Below are positions 41,818-51,007 of a stretch of DNA of 64,000 bases, in pieces. Below the pieces are notes generated by a model. It had not been told where the DNA came from and searched no databases. It worked only from the letters and a program-made list of their open reading frames with translations. The stretch is from an uncultured Planctomycetota bacterium. GTDB taxonomy: Bacteria > Planctomycetota > Planctomycetia > Isosphaerales > Isosphaeraceae. Positions within the stretch are counted from its first letter, which is position 1; the number at the start of each line of letters is the position of its first letter. The position numbers and the translations under genes were made by a program. The DNA is taken from the NCBI GenBank assembly GCA_963737655.1, contig CAVTTN010000002.1:128001-192000 (forward strand), in the 5' to 3' direction.

Positions 41818-42644
41818 ATGAGCAAGGTCCTTCAGATCGAGAACCTGCACGCCAGCATCGACGGCAAGGAGATCCTCAAGGGGGTCAGCCTGACGGTCCG
41901 GCAGGGCGAGGTCCACGCGCTCATGGGCCCCAACGGCTCGGGCAAGTCCACGCTCAGCTACGCCCTGATGGGCCACCCGAACTACGAGGTCACCGCAGGT
42001 TCCGCGACCCTCGACGGCGCCGATCTTTTGGAGATGGAGGCCGACGAGAGGGCCAAGGCGGGGCTGTTCCTGGCCTTCCAGTACCCGACGTCGATCCCCG
42101 GCGTGACCGTCGCCAATTTCCTCCGCCACGCCGTGACCAACGTCCGCAACCCGGTCCGTCTCGAAGGGCAAGACCTCATCCCGATGAGGGACTTCCGCAA
42201 GGAGCTCAAGGGCGAGATGGACGAGCTCGGGATGGACCCGGAGTTCGCCCGCCGCTACCTGAACGAGGGCTTCTCCGGGGGCGAGAAGAAGCGGGCCGAG
42301 GTCCTCCAGCTCGCCATGCTCAAGCCCGCCTTCGCGATCCTCGACGAGACCGACAGCGGCCTGGACATCGACGCCGTGAGGGTCGTCAGCGAGGGGGTCA
42401 ACCGCGTGGCGGCGAAGAACGGGACGGGCGTCCTGGTCATCACCCACTACAAGCGCATCCTCGAATACATCAAGCCCCAGTTCGTCCACATCCTCCTCGG
42501 CGGCAAGATCGTCGAGAGCGGGGCCCCGAGCTGGTGGACAAGCTCGAGGCCGAGGGCTACGACTGGCTCCGCGAAAAATACCCCGAGGCGGCCCAGGTCG
42601 AGGACGAGCTCGAGGCGAAGGACGCGGCCGGGCAGTTGGCCTGA
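41818..42644 (+). CDS. sufC: Fe-S cluster assembly ATPase SufC, frameshifted near 42520
   Basis: GPNGSGKST, LAFQYP, FSGGEKKR, LDETDSGLD, ITHY; one missing G restores ESGGPELVDKLEAEGYDW. Confidence 0.95.
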
Positions 42645-42656
42645 GGAGGCCGAGGG

Positions 42657-43073
42657 ATGGCGGCTCGGGACATCTACCACGACTGCGTCCGGGACGCCCT
42701 GATCCGCGACGGTTGGGTCATCACCCACGACCCGTACAAGGTCGCGATCGGCTTCGATAAGGTCTATGTCGATCTCGGCGCCGAGCAGCCCATCGCGGCC
42801 GAGAAGGACGGACGGAGGATCGCCGTCGAAATCAAGAGCTTTCTCGGCCCGTCGGACGTCTACGACCTGGAACGGGCCCTGGGCCAGTACGTGCTCTACC
42901 GGTCGCTGATGGCGCGTCGCGACCCGGACCGCAAGCTCTACCTGGCCGTACCGGAGACCATCTTCGACGCCACATTCCGCCGCCCGATCGCCGAGATCCC
43001 CGTCGCGGACCTGGAAGTCTGCCTGCTCGTCTTCGACCCCGATGGTCGGGAGGCCATCCGATGGATTCCCTGA
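42657..43073 (+). CDS. xisH: XisH family protein (PD-(D/E)xK fold)
   Basis: ARDIYHDCVRDALIRDGWVITHDP, DLGAE, IAVEIKSF, ALGQY, LYLAVP. Confidence 0.92.
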   Translation: MAARDIYHDCVRDALIRDGWVITHDPYKVAIGFDKVYVDLGAEQPIAAEKDGRRIAVEIKSFLGPSDVYDLERALGQYVLYRSLMARRDPDRKLYLAVPETIFDATFRRPIAEIPVADLEVCLLVFDPDGREAIRWIP

Positions 43074-43396
43074 ATGACTATCGCCGAATCATCCGGGGCT
43101 TGATTACGGAACACGCGAAGGAGAGTCCCTCGACCGGCGACGTCCACGTCGAGACGATCCTGGACGAGAACAACGACCACTACGAACTGATCTACTCCGG
43201 TTGGGAGGGGCACAAGCGCATCTACGGAAGTGTCCTCCACCTGGATATCCGAGACGGCAAGATCTGGATCGAGCACGATGGGACCTACCACGGCATCGCC
43301 AATGACCTGGTCGAGGCCGGGGTGCCGAAAGACCGGATCGTCCTCGCCTTCAAGCCGCCCGCCATCCGGCCCCTGACGGGCTTCGCCTGCTCCTGA
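43061..43396 (+). CDS. xisI: XisI family protein
   Basis: [41 protein letters not shown]; overlaps xisH. Confidence 0.92.
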   Translation: MDSLNDYRRIIRGLITEHAKESPSTGDVHVETILDENNDHYELIYSGWEGHKRIYGSVLHLDIRDGKIWIEHDGTYHGIANDLVEAGVPKDRIVLAFKPPAIRPLTGFACS

Positions 43397-43428
43397 ACCG
43401 AACCACCCGACCATCACGGATAAAACCC

Positions 43429-44847
43429 ATGTCCACCGACCTCGGCCTCCAAGTCCAGGGCATCAAGGACGACTACAAGTACGGCTTCCGCGACTCGGAT
43501 GCCAACTACTCGTTCAAGGCCAAGAAGGGCCTCTCGCGCGAGGTCGTCGAGCAGATCTCGGAGATGAAGAGCGAGCCCCAGTGGATGCGGGACTTCCGCC
43601 TGAAGGCGCTGGACGTCTTCTGGAAGAAGCCCACCCCGCTCTGGGGCGGCGAGCTCCGCGACCTGAACTACGACGACATCCACTACTACATGAAGGCCGC
43701 CGACCGCCAGGGCGTCTCCTGGGACGACATCCCCTCCGAGATCAAGAACACCTACGACAAGCTCGGCATCCCCGAGGCCGAGCGCCGGGGCCTGATCGCC
43801 GGGGTGGGCGCCCAGTACGAGAGCGAGGTGGTCTATCACTCGCTCCGCGACGACCTCCAGAAGAAGGGCGTGATCTTCACCGACACCGACACCGCCGTGA
43901 GGGAGCACCCGGACCTCGTCCGCGAATACTTCGCCAAGACCATCCCGATCGAGGACAACAAGTTCGCGGCGCTGAACTCGGCGGTCTGGTCGGGCGGGTC
44001 GTTCGTCTACATCCCCAAGGGGGTGAAGGTCGATATCCCGCTCCAGGCGTACTTCCGGATCAACGCCGAGAACATGGGCCAGTTCGAGAGGACGCTGATC
44101 ATCGTCGAGGAAGGCGCGCAGGTCCACTACGTCGAGGGCTGCACGGCGCCGATCTACACGAGCGAGAGCCTGCACTCGGCCGTCGTCGAGATCATCGTCA
44201 AGAAGGGCGGCCGATGCCGCTACACGACGATCCAGAACTGGGCCAATAACATCTACAACCTCGTGACCAAGCGCACCGTCGCCCACGAGGACGCCCTGAT
44301 GGAATGGGTGGACGGCAACCTCGGCAGCCGGCTGACCATGAAGTACCCGGCCGTCCACCTCGTGGGCAAAGGCGCGCGGGGCGAGATCCTCTCGATCGCC
44401 TTCGCCGGCAAGGGCCAGCACCAGGACGCCGGCGGCAAGGTCGTCCACTCGGCCCCCCACACCAGCTCGCGGATCATCTCCAAGAGCATCTCGAAGAACG
44501 GCGGGAGGGCGAGCTATCGCGGCCTCCTGAAGGTCGATCACGGGGCCCACGGCTCGAAGTCCAACGTCGTCTGCGACGCCCTGATCCTCGACCCGATCTC
44601 GCGATCGGACACCTATCCGTACATCGAGATCGACGAGGACGACGTCAAGATCGGCCACGAGGCCAGCGTCTCCAAGATCGGCGAGGAGCAGCTCTTCTAC
44701 CTGATGAGCCGAGGCCTCTCCGAGGCCGAGGCCAGCACCCTGATCGTCAGCGGGTTCATCGAGCCCCTGGTCAAGGAGCTGCCGATGGAATACGCCGTCG
44801 AGATGAACAAGCTGATCCAGCTCCAGATGGAAGGCTCGGTGGGCTGA
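43429..44847 (+). CDS. sufB: Fe-S cluster assembly scaffold SufB
   Basis: [44 protein letters not shown] end. Confidence 0.98.
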   Translation: MSTDLGLQVQGIKDDYKYGFRDSDANYSFKAKKGLSREVVEQISEMKSEPQWMRDFRLKALDVFWKKPTPLWGGELRDLNYDDIHYYMKAADRQGVSWDDIPSEIKNTYDKLGIPEAERRGLIAGVGAQYESEVVYHSLRDDLQKKGVIFTDTDTAVREHPDLVREYFAKTIPIEDNKFAALNSAVWSGGSFVYIPKGVKVDIPLQAYFRINAENMGQFERTLIIVEEGAQVHYVEGCTAPIYTSESLHSAVVEIIVKKGGRCRYTTIQNWANNIYNLVTKRTVAHEDALMEWVDGNLGSRLTMKYPAVHLVGKGARGEILSIAFAGKGQHQDAGGKVVHSAPHTSSRIISKSISKNGGRASYRGLLKVDHGAHGSKSNVVCDALILDPISRSDTYPYIEIDEDDVKIGHEASVSKIGEEQLFYLMSRGLSEAEASTLIVSGFIEPLVKELPMEYAVEMNKLIQLQMEGSVG

Positions 44848-44882
44848 TCGCGGGCCTCGGGGTCGGGAGGGGAGAACGGACC

Positions 44883-45212
44883 ATGAAGCGGCTCGACATC
44901 GCGCCGGAGATCGAGGCCAACGCTGATCTGGCCGACCTCGTCCGTCGGGCGACGGATCAACTTGAGATCGAGCTGGGTCGGTCGTCCGGTCTCGTCTCGG
45001 CGCGATGGGGGTTGGAGCACGACGAGAAAGGTCGCCCTCTCCTCTCTCTCCAGGTCTCGGACTGGACCGGAAACTCGGAGGCAACCTTCGCTCCGGCGGA
45101 GCTTCGCGACCTGCGTCACCTCGGAGGCAGGATGAATCTGTTGTGGGGCCGACACCTGATGCGGCGGTCGCATCAACTTCTCGAACATATTCAGGAAGGT
45201 TCGGGCTGCTAG
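44883..45212 (+). CDS. Hypothetical protein (109 aa)
   Basis: GGAG-rich RBS before ATG 44883; MKRLDIAPEIEANADLADLVRRATDQLEIELG...; same strand as the operon. Confidence 0.65.
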   Translation: MKRLDIAPEIEANADLADLVRRATDQLEIELGRSSGLVSARWGLEHDEKGRPLLSLQVSDWTGNSEATFAPAELRDLRHLGGRMNLLWGRHLMRRSHQLLEHIQEGSGC

Positions 45213-45214
45213 AA

Positions 45215-45511
45215 ATCGCGGGCCCGACGAATTCCGACCGGATCTTGCAGCTGGAAAGATCGGTCTCCGCGCTCACGGAACGGTGCGACAACATTCTCCG
45301 GGGGATCGAACGACACGAAGCGGAAATCTCGGAACTCCGAGATTCGTTCGTTCGTCTGGACAAACAAACCGAGATCCATGCCAGAGATTGGGAGCGATGG
45401 GAGAAGGAGAGCGACCGATCTCAGGGACGGAGATGGGAAATCTGGAAGCTCGTTCTCACGGCTCTCGTCTCGTTCATCCTGGGACTGTTGACCCGCTTCC
45501 TCGGCAAGTGA
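45215..45511 (+). CDS. Small coiled-coil protein with C-terminal TM helix (start codon unclear)
   Basis: 3' part of ORF 45005..45511: DRILQLERSVSALTERCDNILRGIERHEAEISELRDSFVRLDK...WKLVLTALVSFILGLLTRFLGK. Confidence 0.55.
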   Translation: MAGPTNSDRILQLERSVSALTERCDNILRGIERHEAEISELRDSFVRLDKQTEIHARDWERWEKESDRSQGRRWEIWKLVLTALVSFILGLLTRFLGK

Positions 45512-45559
45512 ACCGGAAATCACCGACGCCCAGAGGAGTCCGATTGGAAAGGGTCGTCG

Positions 45560-46069
45560 ATGCAAGCGAAACGCTTCACCTTCTTCTGGTCCGGCCCATT
45601 CAGCCAGTGGCACCCCTGCCGGTTCGAGCTGGACGGCCTCGTCTACACTTGCGCCGAGCAGTTCATGATGGAGCAAAAGGCCGTCCTGTTCGGCGATCTC
45701 GAAATGGCGGGAAAGATCCTGGAGGCGAGACATCCGAGGGAGCACAAGGCCCTGGGTCGGAAGGTCCGGGGATTCGACGCGGATCGCTGGACCTCGGAGG
45801 CTCGTGGGGTCGTGTTTCGGGGCAACCTGGCGAAGTTCTCCCAGAATCCCGAGCTGGCCGAGGCCCTGCTCGCGACCCGAGGGACGACCCTCGTCGAAGC
45901 GAGTCCGCTCGACACGATCTGGGGAATCGGGCTGGCGGCGGACGACCCTCGGGCCTCGGACCCTTCCCAGTGGAAGGGGACCAACTGGCTGGGTATCGTG
46001 TTGACCGAGGTTCGCGAGGCGCTGGTGGGGTCCGGCGTCGGGGCCTCCTCGGCCGAATCAACGCGATAG
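45560..46069 (+). CDS. NADAR (YbiA-like) family protein
   Basis: FSQW, AEQFMM, KALGRKV, AKFSQN, LVEASPLDTIWGIG, GTNWLG. Confidence 0.93.
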   Translation: MQAKRFTFFWSGPFSQWHPCRFELDGLVYTCAEQFMMEQKAVLFGDLEMAGKILEARHPREHKALGRKVRGFDADRWTSEARGVVFRGNLAKFSQNPELAEALLATRGTTLVEASPLDTIWGIGLAADDPRASDPSQWKGTNWLGIVLTEVREALVGSGVGASSAESTR

Positions 46070-46097
46070 AGGCCCGGCAGCCTTGCCCGGGGGATCG

Positions 46098-46562
46098 ATG
46101 GACCAGGACAGCGAACTTCGGAAAGCCAAATGGATCCTCGCCGCGGGATTTGTCTTCCTCGTCTCGTGCTTCTATGCCTATGGTGAGCTCGCCTATCTGA
46201 TCTGGGGCCGGAGCGCCGAGGCGAGACTCACGGAGCCTCCCAAGATCGTGGTGATGAAGTCCCGTCGAGGAGGAGAGACCGAGCAACTGCGGGTCGAGTA
46301 TCGATTCGCCGACGGCGACTCCGACCTCCGGACCGAGGTCGATATGGTCCCGACGGACTGGCCCGTCCCCCGGGAGGGGACCGTGGCGATCCAGTACATC
46401 CCCGGAGACAAATACTCGTCCCGGCTGGTCGGGCATCGCCAGACGGTCTGGCTGGTGATCTTCTTCTTGAGCCTCGCCGCGACGGCCTTTTTCGTCTACC
46501 GGCTCGCGAAAGAGGCCAACGAGCCGATCGGCAAGCGACGGAAACCGTCCCGGTCGCGTTGA
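46098..46562 (+). CDS. Membrane protein, TM-beta domain-TM (DUF3592-like)
   Basis: Two terminal TM helices flanking VEYRF...VAIQYIPG. Confidence 0.7.
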   Translation: MDQDSELRKAKWILAAGFVFLVSCFYAYGELAYLIWGRSAEARLTEPPKIVVMKSRRGGETEQLRVEYRFADGDSDLRTEVDMVPTDWPVPREGTVAIQYIPGDKYSSRLVGHRQTVWLVIFFLSLAATAFFVYRLAKEANEPIGKRRKPSRSR

Positions 46563-46615
46563 GACGTCCGCCGAAATCCTGATCCCTCGCCCTCGCTTTC
46601 GAGACCCAACCCGAG

Positions 46616-47956
46616 ATGAGCAGCGCACCCGCGACCCTCCCGGCCCACGCCACCGGCGGCTTTTCCGAATCGGCGTTCGAGACGTTCGCCAAGGGGCGGG
46701 ACGAGCCGTCCTGGCTCCTGGACCGTCGCCGGGACGCGTTCGAACGGTTCGTGGCGTCCCCCTGGCCGACCCTCCGCGACGAGGAATGGCGGCGGACCGA
46801 CATCCGGGCCCTGAAGCTCGGCTCATTCGCCCCGCCCCTGGCCGGCGACCCCTCGGCCGAGGCCCGATCGTCCCTGAACTCGACCTGGGAGGGCCTCCGG
46901 GGCCGGTACGGAGCCGGGATCGAGCACGTCGATGCGAGGCCGACCCGCTCGGCGGTCGCGGGCGCACTGCCCTCGGGCGTGGTCTTCGCCGACCTGGCCA
47001 CCGCCTCCCGAGAGCATCCGGAGATCCTCGAACGATACCTCCTGACCCGCGCCGTCGAGCCCGGCGCCGATGCCCTTTCCGCCCTCCACTCGGCGTTCTG
47101 GACCGGCGGGGTCCTGCTCTTCGTGCCCAGGGGCGTGAAGGTGGACTTGCCCCTGTTCAGCCTCGTGGGGATGACCGGCGAGGGCTCGGTGGACATGAAC
47201 CATACCCTGGTCGTCCTCGAAGAAGGCGCCGAGGCCACCCTGGTCCAGGAGACGGCCTCGCGAGGTCGAGGCGAGGCGGCCGGGCTCCACGCCGGGGCCG
47301 TCGAATTGATCGTGGGTCCGGGGGCCCGGCTCCAGTTCGTCAACATCCAGAACTGGGACGCCTCGACCTGGCACTTCAGCCGGGAGCGGGCCCTGGTGGA
47401 TCGCGACGGCTCGCTCCAGTGGACCGTCGGCGGCCTGGGCGGGCGGCTCGCGAAGGTGAATCAGGAGGTGGCGCTGGTCGGCGAGGGGGCGTCCGCCCAG
47501 GTCAACGGGGTGATGTTCACCGCCGGCAAGCAGCACCTCGCGTACTTCACCCGTCAGGATCACATGGCGCCTCACACGACCAGCGATCTCCTCTACAAGG
47601 GCGGCCTCAAGGGCTCGTCCCGGATCGTCTGGAAGGGGATGATTCGCGTCGAGAAGGACGCCCAGAAGACCGACGCCTACCAGAAGAACGACAGCCTCGT
47701 GCTCTCCGATTCGGCCCGCGCCGACTCGATCCCGGGCCTGGAGATCGAGGCCAACGACGTCCGTTGCACCCACGGGGCCACGGCCGGGCCCGTCGATCCC
47801 GAGATGGTCTTCTACCTCCGATCCCGGGGGATCGCCCGCGACGAGGCCGTCCGCCTGATCGTCGAGGGCTTCTTCGCCAACGTCTACGACCGGATCGCCC
47901 TGGAGCCGGTCCGCGAGACCCTCCGCCAGGCCGTGGCCGACAAGCTCGAACTCTGA
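46616..47956 (+). CDS. sufD: Fe-S cluster assembly protein SufD
   Basis: EEWRRTD, beta-helix region, ADSIPGLEIEANDVRCTHGAT, FYLRSRGI. Confidence 0.96.
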   Translation: MSSAPATLPAHATGGFSESAFETFAKGRDEPSWLLDRRRDAFERFVASPWPTLRDEEWRRTDIRALKLGSFAPPLAGDPSAEARSSLNSTWEGLRGRYGAGIEHVDARPTRSAVAGALPSGVVFADLATASREHPEILERYLLTRAVEPGADALSALHSAFWTGGVLLFVPRGVKVDLPLFSLVGMTGEGSVDMNHTLVVLEEGAEATLVQETASRGRGEAAGLHAGAVELIVGPGARLQFVNIQNWDASTWHFSRERALVDRDGSLQWTVGGLGGRLAKVNQEVALVGEGASAQVNGVMFTAGKQHLAYFTRQDHMAPHTTSDLLYKGGLKGSSRIVWKGMIRVEKDAQKTDAYQKNDSLVLSDSARADSIPGLEIEANDVRCTHGATAGPVDPEMVFYLRSRGIARDEAVRLIVEGFFANVYDRIALEPVRETLRQAVADKLEL

Positions 47957-47986
47957 TCGATGAGAGAATCCTGGAGCCCGCCCCAG

Positions 47987-48856
47987 ATGTCTGAACCGTA
48001 TGCCCATCCCGAAGCCCTGGTCACGGCCGATTGGGTCCAGGCCCACCTGGACGATCCCAAGGTCCGGATCGTCGAGACCGACGAGGACGCGGCCCTGTAC
48101 TTCCAGGAGCACATCCCGGGGGCCGTCGAGATCGGCTGGCACCTCCATCTTCAGGACCAGTTGACCCGCGATTACATCGACACCGCCCGGTTCGAGGCCC
48201 TCTGCTCGGCGGCCGGGATCGGCAACGATACGACCGTGGTCTTCTACGGCGACAACTCGAACTGGTGGGCCTGCTACGCCTTCTGGGCGTTCAAGCTCTT
48301 CGGCCACGCCGATTGCCGCATCTTGAACGGCGGGTATGCCTTGTGGAAGGCCGAGGGCCGTCCGATGACCAAGGACGTGCCGAAGTACCCGGCCACCAAG
48401 TACACCGTCCACAAGGCCGATGAGGGCGCGATTCGCGCCCTCCGCGACGACGTCCTGGTCCACTCCGAGGCAAGCGGGGCGATGATCGACGTCCGCAGCC
48501 CCGACGAGTACACCGGCAAGAAGCTTCACATGGAAGGCTACCCCCAGGAAGGGGCCCTCCGAGGCGGCCACATCCCCGGCGCGAAGAACGTCCCGTGGAA
48601 GACCGCCATCAATGCCGACGGCACCTTCAAGCCGGTCGAGGAACTCCGAAAGATCTACGAAGGTCAATGCGGCCTGAAGCCGACCGACGACGTGATCGCC
48701 TATTGCCGGATCGGCGAGCGATCGAGCCACACCTGGTTCGTCCTGACCTACCTGCTCGGCTTCCCGAAGGTCCGCAACTACGATGGGTCCTGGACGGAGT
48801 GGGGCAACCTCGTCCGTGCCCCGATCGCCACGGGCGAGCAGCCCGGCAAGATCTGA
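47987..48856 (+). CDS. Tandem-domain rhodanese (thiosulfate sulfurtransferase, SseA/CysA type)
   Basis: [32 protein letters not shown], active site [18 protein letters not shown]. Confidence 0.93.
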   Translation: MSEPYAHPEALVTADWVQAHLDDPKVRIVETDEDAALYFQEHIPGAVEIGWHLHLQDQLTRDYIDTARFEALCSAAGIGNDTTVVFYGDNSNWWACYAFWAFKLFGHADCRILNGGYALWKAEGRPMTKDVPKYPATKYTVHKADEGAIRALRDDVLVHSEASGAMIDVRSPDEYTGKKLHMEGYPQEGALRGGHIPGAKNVPWKTAINADGTFKPVEELRKIYEGQCGLKPTDDVIAYCRIGERSSHTWFVLTYLLGFPKVRNYDGSWTEWGNLVRAPIATGEQPGKI

Positions 48857-48881
48857 TCTCGAACCCCGGAGCCGACCGACC

Positions 48882-49325
48882 GTGACGCCCGCCCTGGAAG
48901 ACATCGTCCGCGATCTCCGCGAGGCCGACCGCCAGGAGCGGATCGAAATCCTCCTGGACCTGGCGAAGGCTTTGCCCCCCCTGCCCGAGAGGCTGGCCCA
49001 CTTCAAGGACGAGGCCCACCGCGTGCCGGAATGCCAGTCGCCGGTGTTCCTGATCGCCGAGGTCGAGGGGGAGCGCGTGTCCCTCTTCGCCGACGCCCCG
49101 ATCGAAGCCCCGACCGTCCGGGGCTTCGTCTCCTTGCTGATCCAGGGCCTGGACGGGGCGACGGTCGGTGAGGTCCTCTCGGTCCCGGCCGATCTGGTCG
49201 AGCAGTCGGGGATGCCGGAGATCCTCGGGATGCTCCGGGTCAACGGCCTCCACGGCGTCCTCGGACGCCTGAAGGCGATGGTCGCACGAACCGCGAGAGA
49301 GAGCACCGAACCCCGGCCGTCCTGA
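48882..49325 (+). CDS. sufE: SufE family sulfur acceptor
   Basis: GTG start; LLDLAKALPPLPE, RVPECQSPVF (conserved Cys), EAPTVRGF, LRVNGL. Confidence 0.88.
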   Translation: MTPALEDIVRDLREADRQERIEILLDLAKALPPLPERLAHFKDEAHRVPECQSPVFLIAEVEGERVSLFADAPIEAPTVRGFVSLLIQGLDGATVGEVLSVPADLVEQSGMPEILGMLRVNGLHGVLGRLKAMVARTARESTEPRPS

Positions 49326-49353
49326 TCCCCTCCCCGATCCCGAGAGACCGCTC

Positions 49354-49653
49354 ATGCCCGACCAAGAGACGATCCTGACGGCCCTCCGCACGGTGAAGGA
49401 CCCGGAGTTGAACGTGAACGTCGTGGACCTCGGCCTGGTCTACACGATCCAGAGCCGAGAGGACGAGGTCGATGTCGAGATGACCCTGACCACCCCGGCG
49501 TGCCCCGCCGGCCCGCAGATCCTCCGCGACGCCCAGGGGGCCCTGGAGAAGATCGAGGGGGTCACCAAGGCGAATGTGAAGCTGGTGATGTCGCCGCCCT
49601 GGTCGCCCGACAGGATGAGCGACGCCGCTCGGGACGAGCTCGGGATCTTCTGA
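49354..49653 (+). CDS. sufT: DUF59/SufT (PaaD-like) Fe-S maturation protein
   Basis: DPELNVNVVDLGLV, MTLTTPACP, PPWSPDRMS. Confidence 0.9.
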   Translation: MPDQETILTALRTVKDPELNVNVVDLGLVYTIQSREDEVDVEMTLTTPACPAGPQILRDAQGALEKIEGVTKANVKLVMSPPWSPDRMSDAARDELGIF

Positions 49654-49923
49654 GAAGGCCGGCCGCTCCGGCTTGCCTAGTCTTTCCCGCGACGGCCGGA
49701 CCCGACGCCGCATGGTCGAAGAAAGCCGGCGAGAACGATCCGGCCGACCGTCCCGGTCCCGGTCGATCGATCCCGAGATGCTGGATGTTCGGGATCGACC
49801 TGGGTATTTCGGCATCGTCGTGGCGAAATCATCTTGGAGAGCGACCTCCGTCGTGTCATGATCCAAGGATGGCCGGGCACATCGACGTGCCACCCCAGCA
49901 ACCGCGGAACGATCCACCGTCGG

Positions 49924-49961
49924 ACGAATTTCGTTGACACGGTTGGGTCGCCGAATAGTAT
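49924..49961 (+). promoter_or_regulatory. Putative promoter with an adjacent palindrome, upstream of the HTH-S24 regulator
   Basis: ACGAA-T-TTCGT palindrome abutting TTGACA (49934), then N16-TAGTAT. Confidence 0.45.
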
Positions 49962-50039
49962 AAGCCTTTTTCTACCGCCCGGGCGGCGGGTCCTGGCTTC
50001 GGGTTGGGCCTTCTCAGGCCCGTACCAAGGGGGCGCGTC

Positions 50040-50849
50040 GTGGCTCGAAAGAAGACTCCTACGATCCGGGTGAACGTCAAAGCCCAGATCTCCGGCCGGC
50101 TGCGGGAGATCCGCCAGGAATTATTTGGCGAACACGGCGGCCCCGAGCTGGCGCGCCGCCTGAACCTTCCGGCGCGGACCTGGTATAATTACGAGACCGG
50201 GGTCACCGTCCCGGCGGAGGTCCTCCTGAGCTTCATCGACCAGACCGGCACCAATCCGGTCTGGCTGCTCAGCGGTCAGGGGCCGAAGTATCGCCGGGGC
50301 CTGGAGGATTCCCTCCTGGACGACCTGACCCCTCAGGAACTCATCCGACGAGGACTGGAGAAGCTGGAGCAAACGCCCAACGAGGTCGTCCTCGTCGCCC
50401 CGGACAACCTCCCGGCCGATAGCATCAGCGACTTCATCGCCGTGGACCTCATCCCCCTGACCGAGTTAACGGCGCCTGTGGGTCAGCCGACCCGTTGCGA
50501 CGGCCATATCCTCGCCTATCGCCAGTGGATACCCCATCCCCGGCAGACGGTCGCCGTCCGTCTCGAAGATGACGCGATGACGCCCATCTTGCCGGCCGGC
50601 TCGGTCGTGGCCATCGACCGGGCGATCCGAGACCCGCACCTCCTGCAGGGCCGCCTGGTCGCCGCCCGTCACGACCGCCTGGCGATGGTTCGATGGCTGG
50701 AGATCACGGGTCGCCACATGATCCTCCGGCCCAACCTGTCGAGCCGCGACCACCCCCTGATCCCGATCGAGCTGGGCAGCGACGGCTCGGGGACCGACGC
50801 GGTCCTCGGTCAAGTGGTCTGGTCCTGGAGCCGATTCGCCACGCCCTGA
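50040..50849 (+). CDS. XRE-HTH / S24 (LexA/CI-like) transcriptional regulator
   Basis: RLREIRQELFGEHGGPELARRLNLPARTWYNYETG, NPVWLLSGQG; S24-like C-terminus DAMTPILPAGSVVAID...LGQVVWSW. Confidence 0.85.
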   Translation: MARKKTPTIRVNVKAQISGRLREIRQELFGEHGGPELARRLNLPARTWYNYETGVTVPAEVLLSFIDQTGTNPVWLLSGQGPKYRRGLEDSLLDDLTPQELIRRGLEKLEQTPNEVVLVAPDNLPADSISDFIAVDLIPLTELTAPVGQPTRCDGHILAYRQWIPHPRQTVAVRLEDDAMTPILPAGSVVAIDRAIRDPHLLQGRLVAARHDRLAMVRWLEITGRHMILRPNLSSRDHPLIPIELGSDGSGTDAVLGQVVWSWSRFATP

Positions 50850-51007
50850 TCTCCCGGGGCCGGCCGGTCTGACGAGGAATTCCTCGGTCCTCCCTTGCCT
50901 CGGGGCCTCGGGCCGAGGAAGGTGGGGCCCGGATCGAGGGACTCCCCGCCGTCGTTCCGATCGCCGGGCGCCGCCCCTGGCCCGCGATCCGACCCCCGGA
51001 CGTTTTC

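Noticed and set aside
42515..42530. Programmed frameshifting in sufC or uvrA
   Set aside because: No recognisable slippery heptamer, and the same indel pattern recurs in unrelated genes.
42657..43396. An fdxN-type excision element interrupting the suf operon
   Set aside because: No XisF-like recombinase, no direct repeats, and sufC and sufB are not split.
50040..50849. Prophage repressor or true lexA
   Set aside because: No phage genes or divergent cro; the catalytic dyad is absent and the HTH is XRE-type rather than the LexA winged helix.
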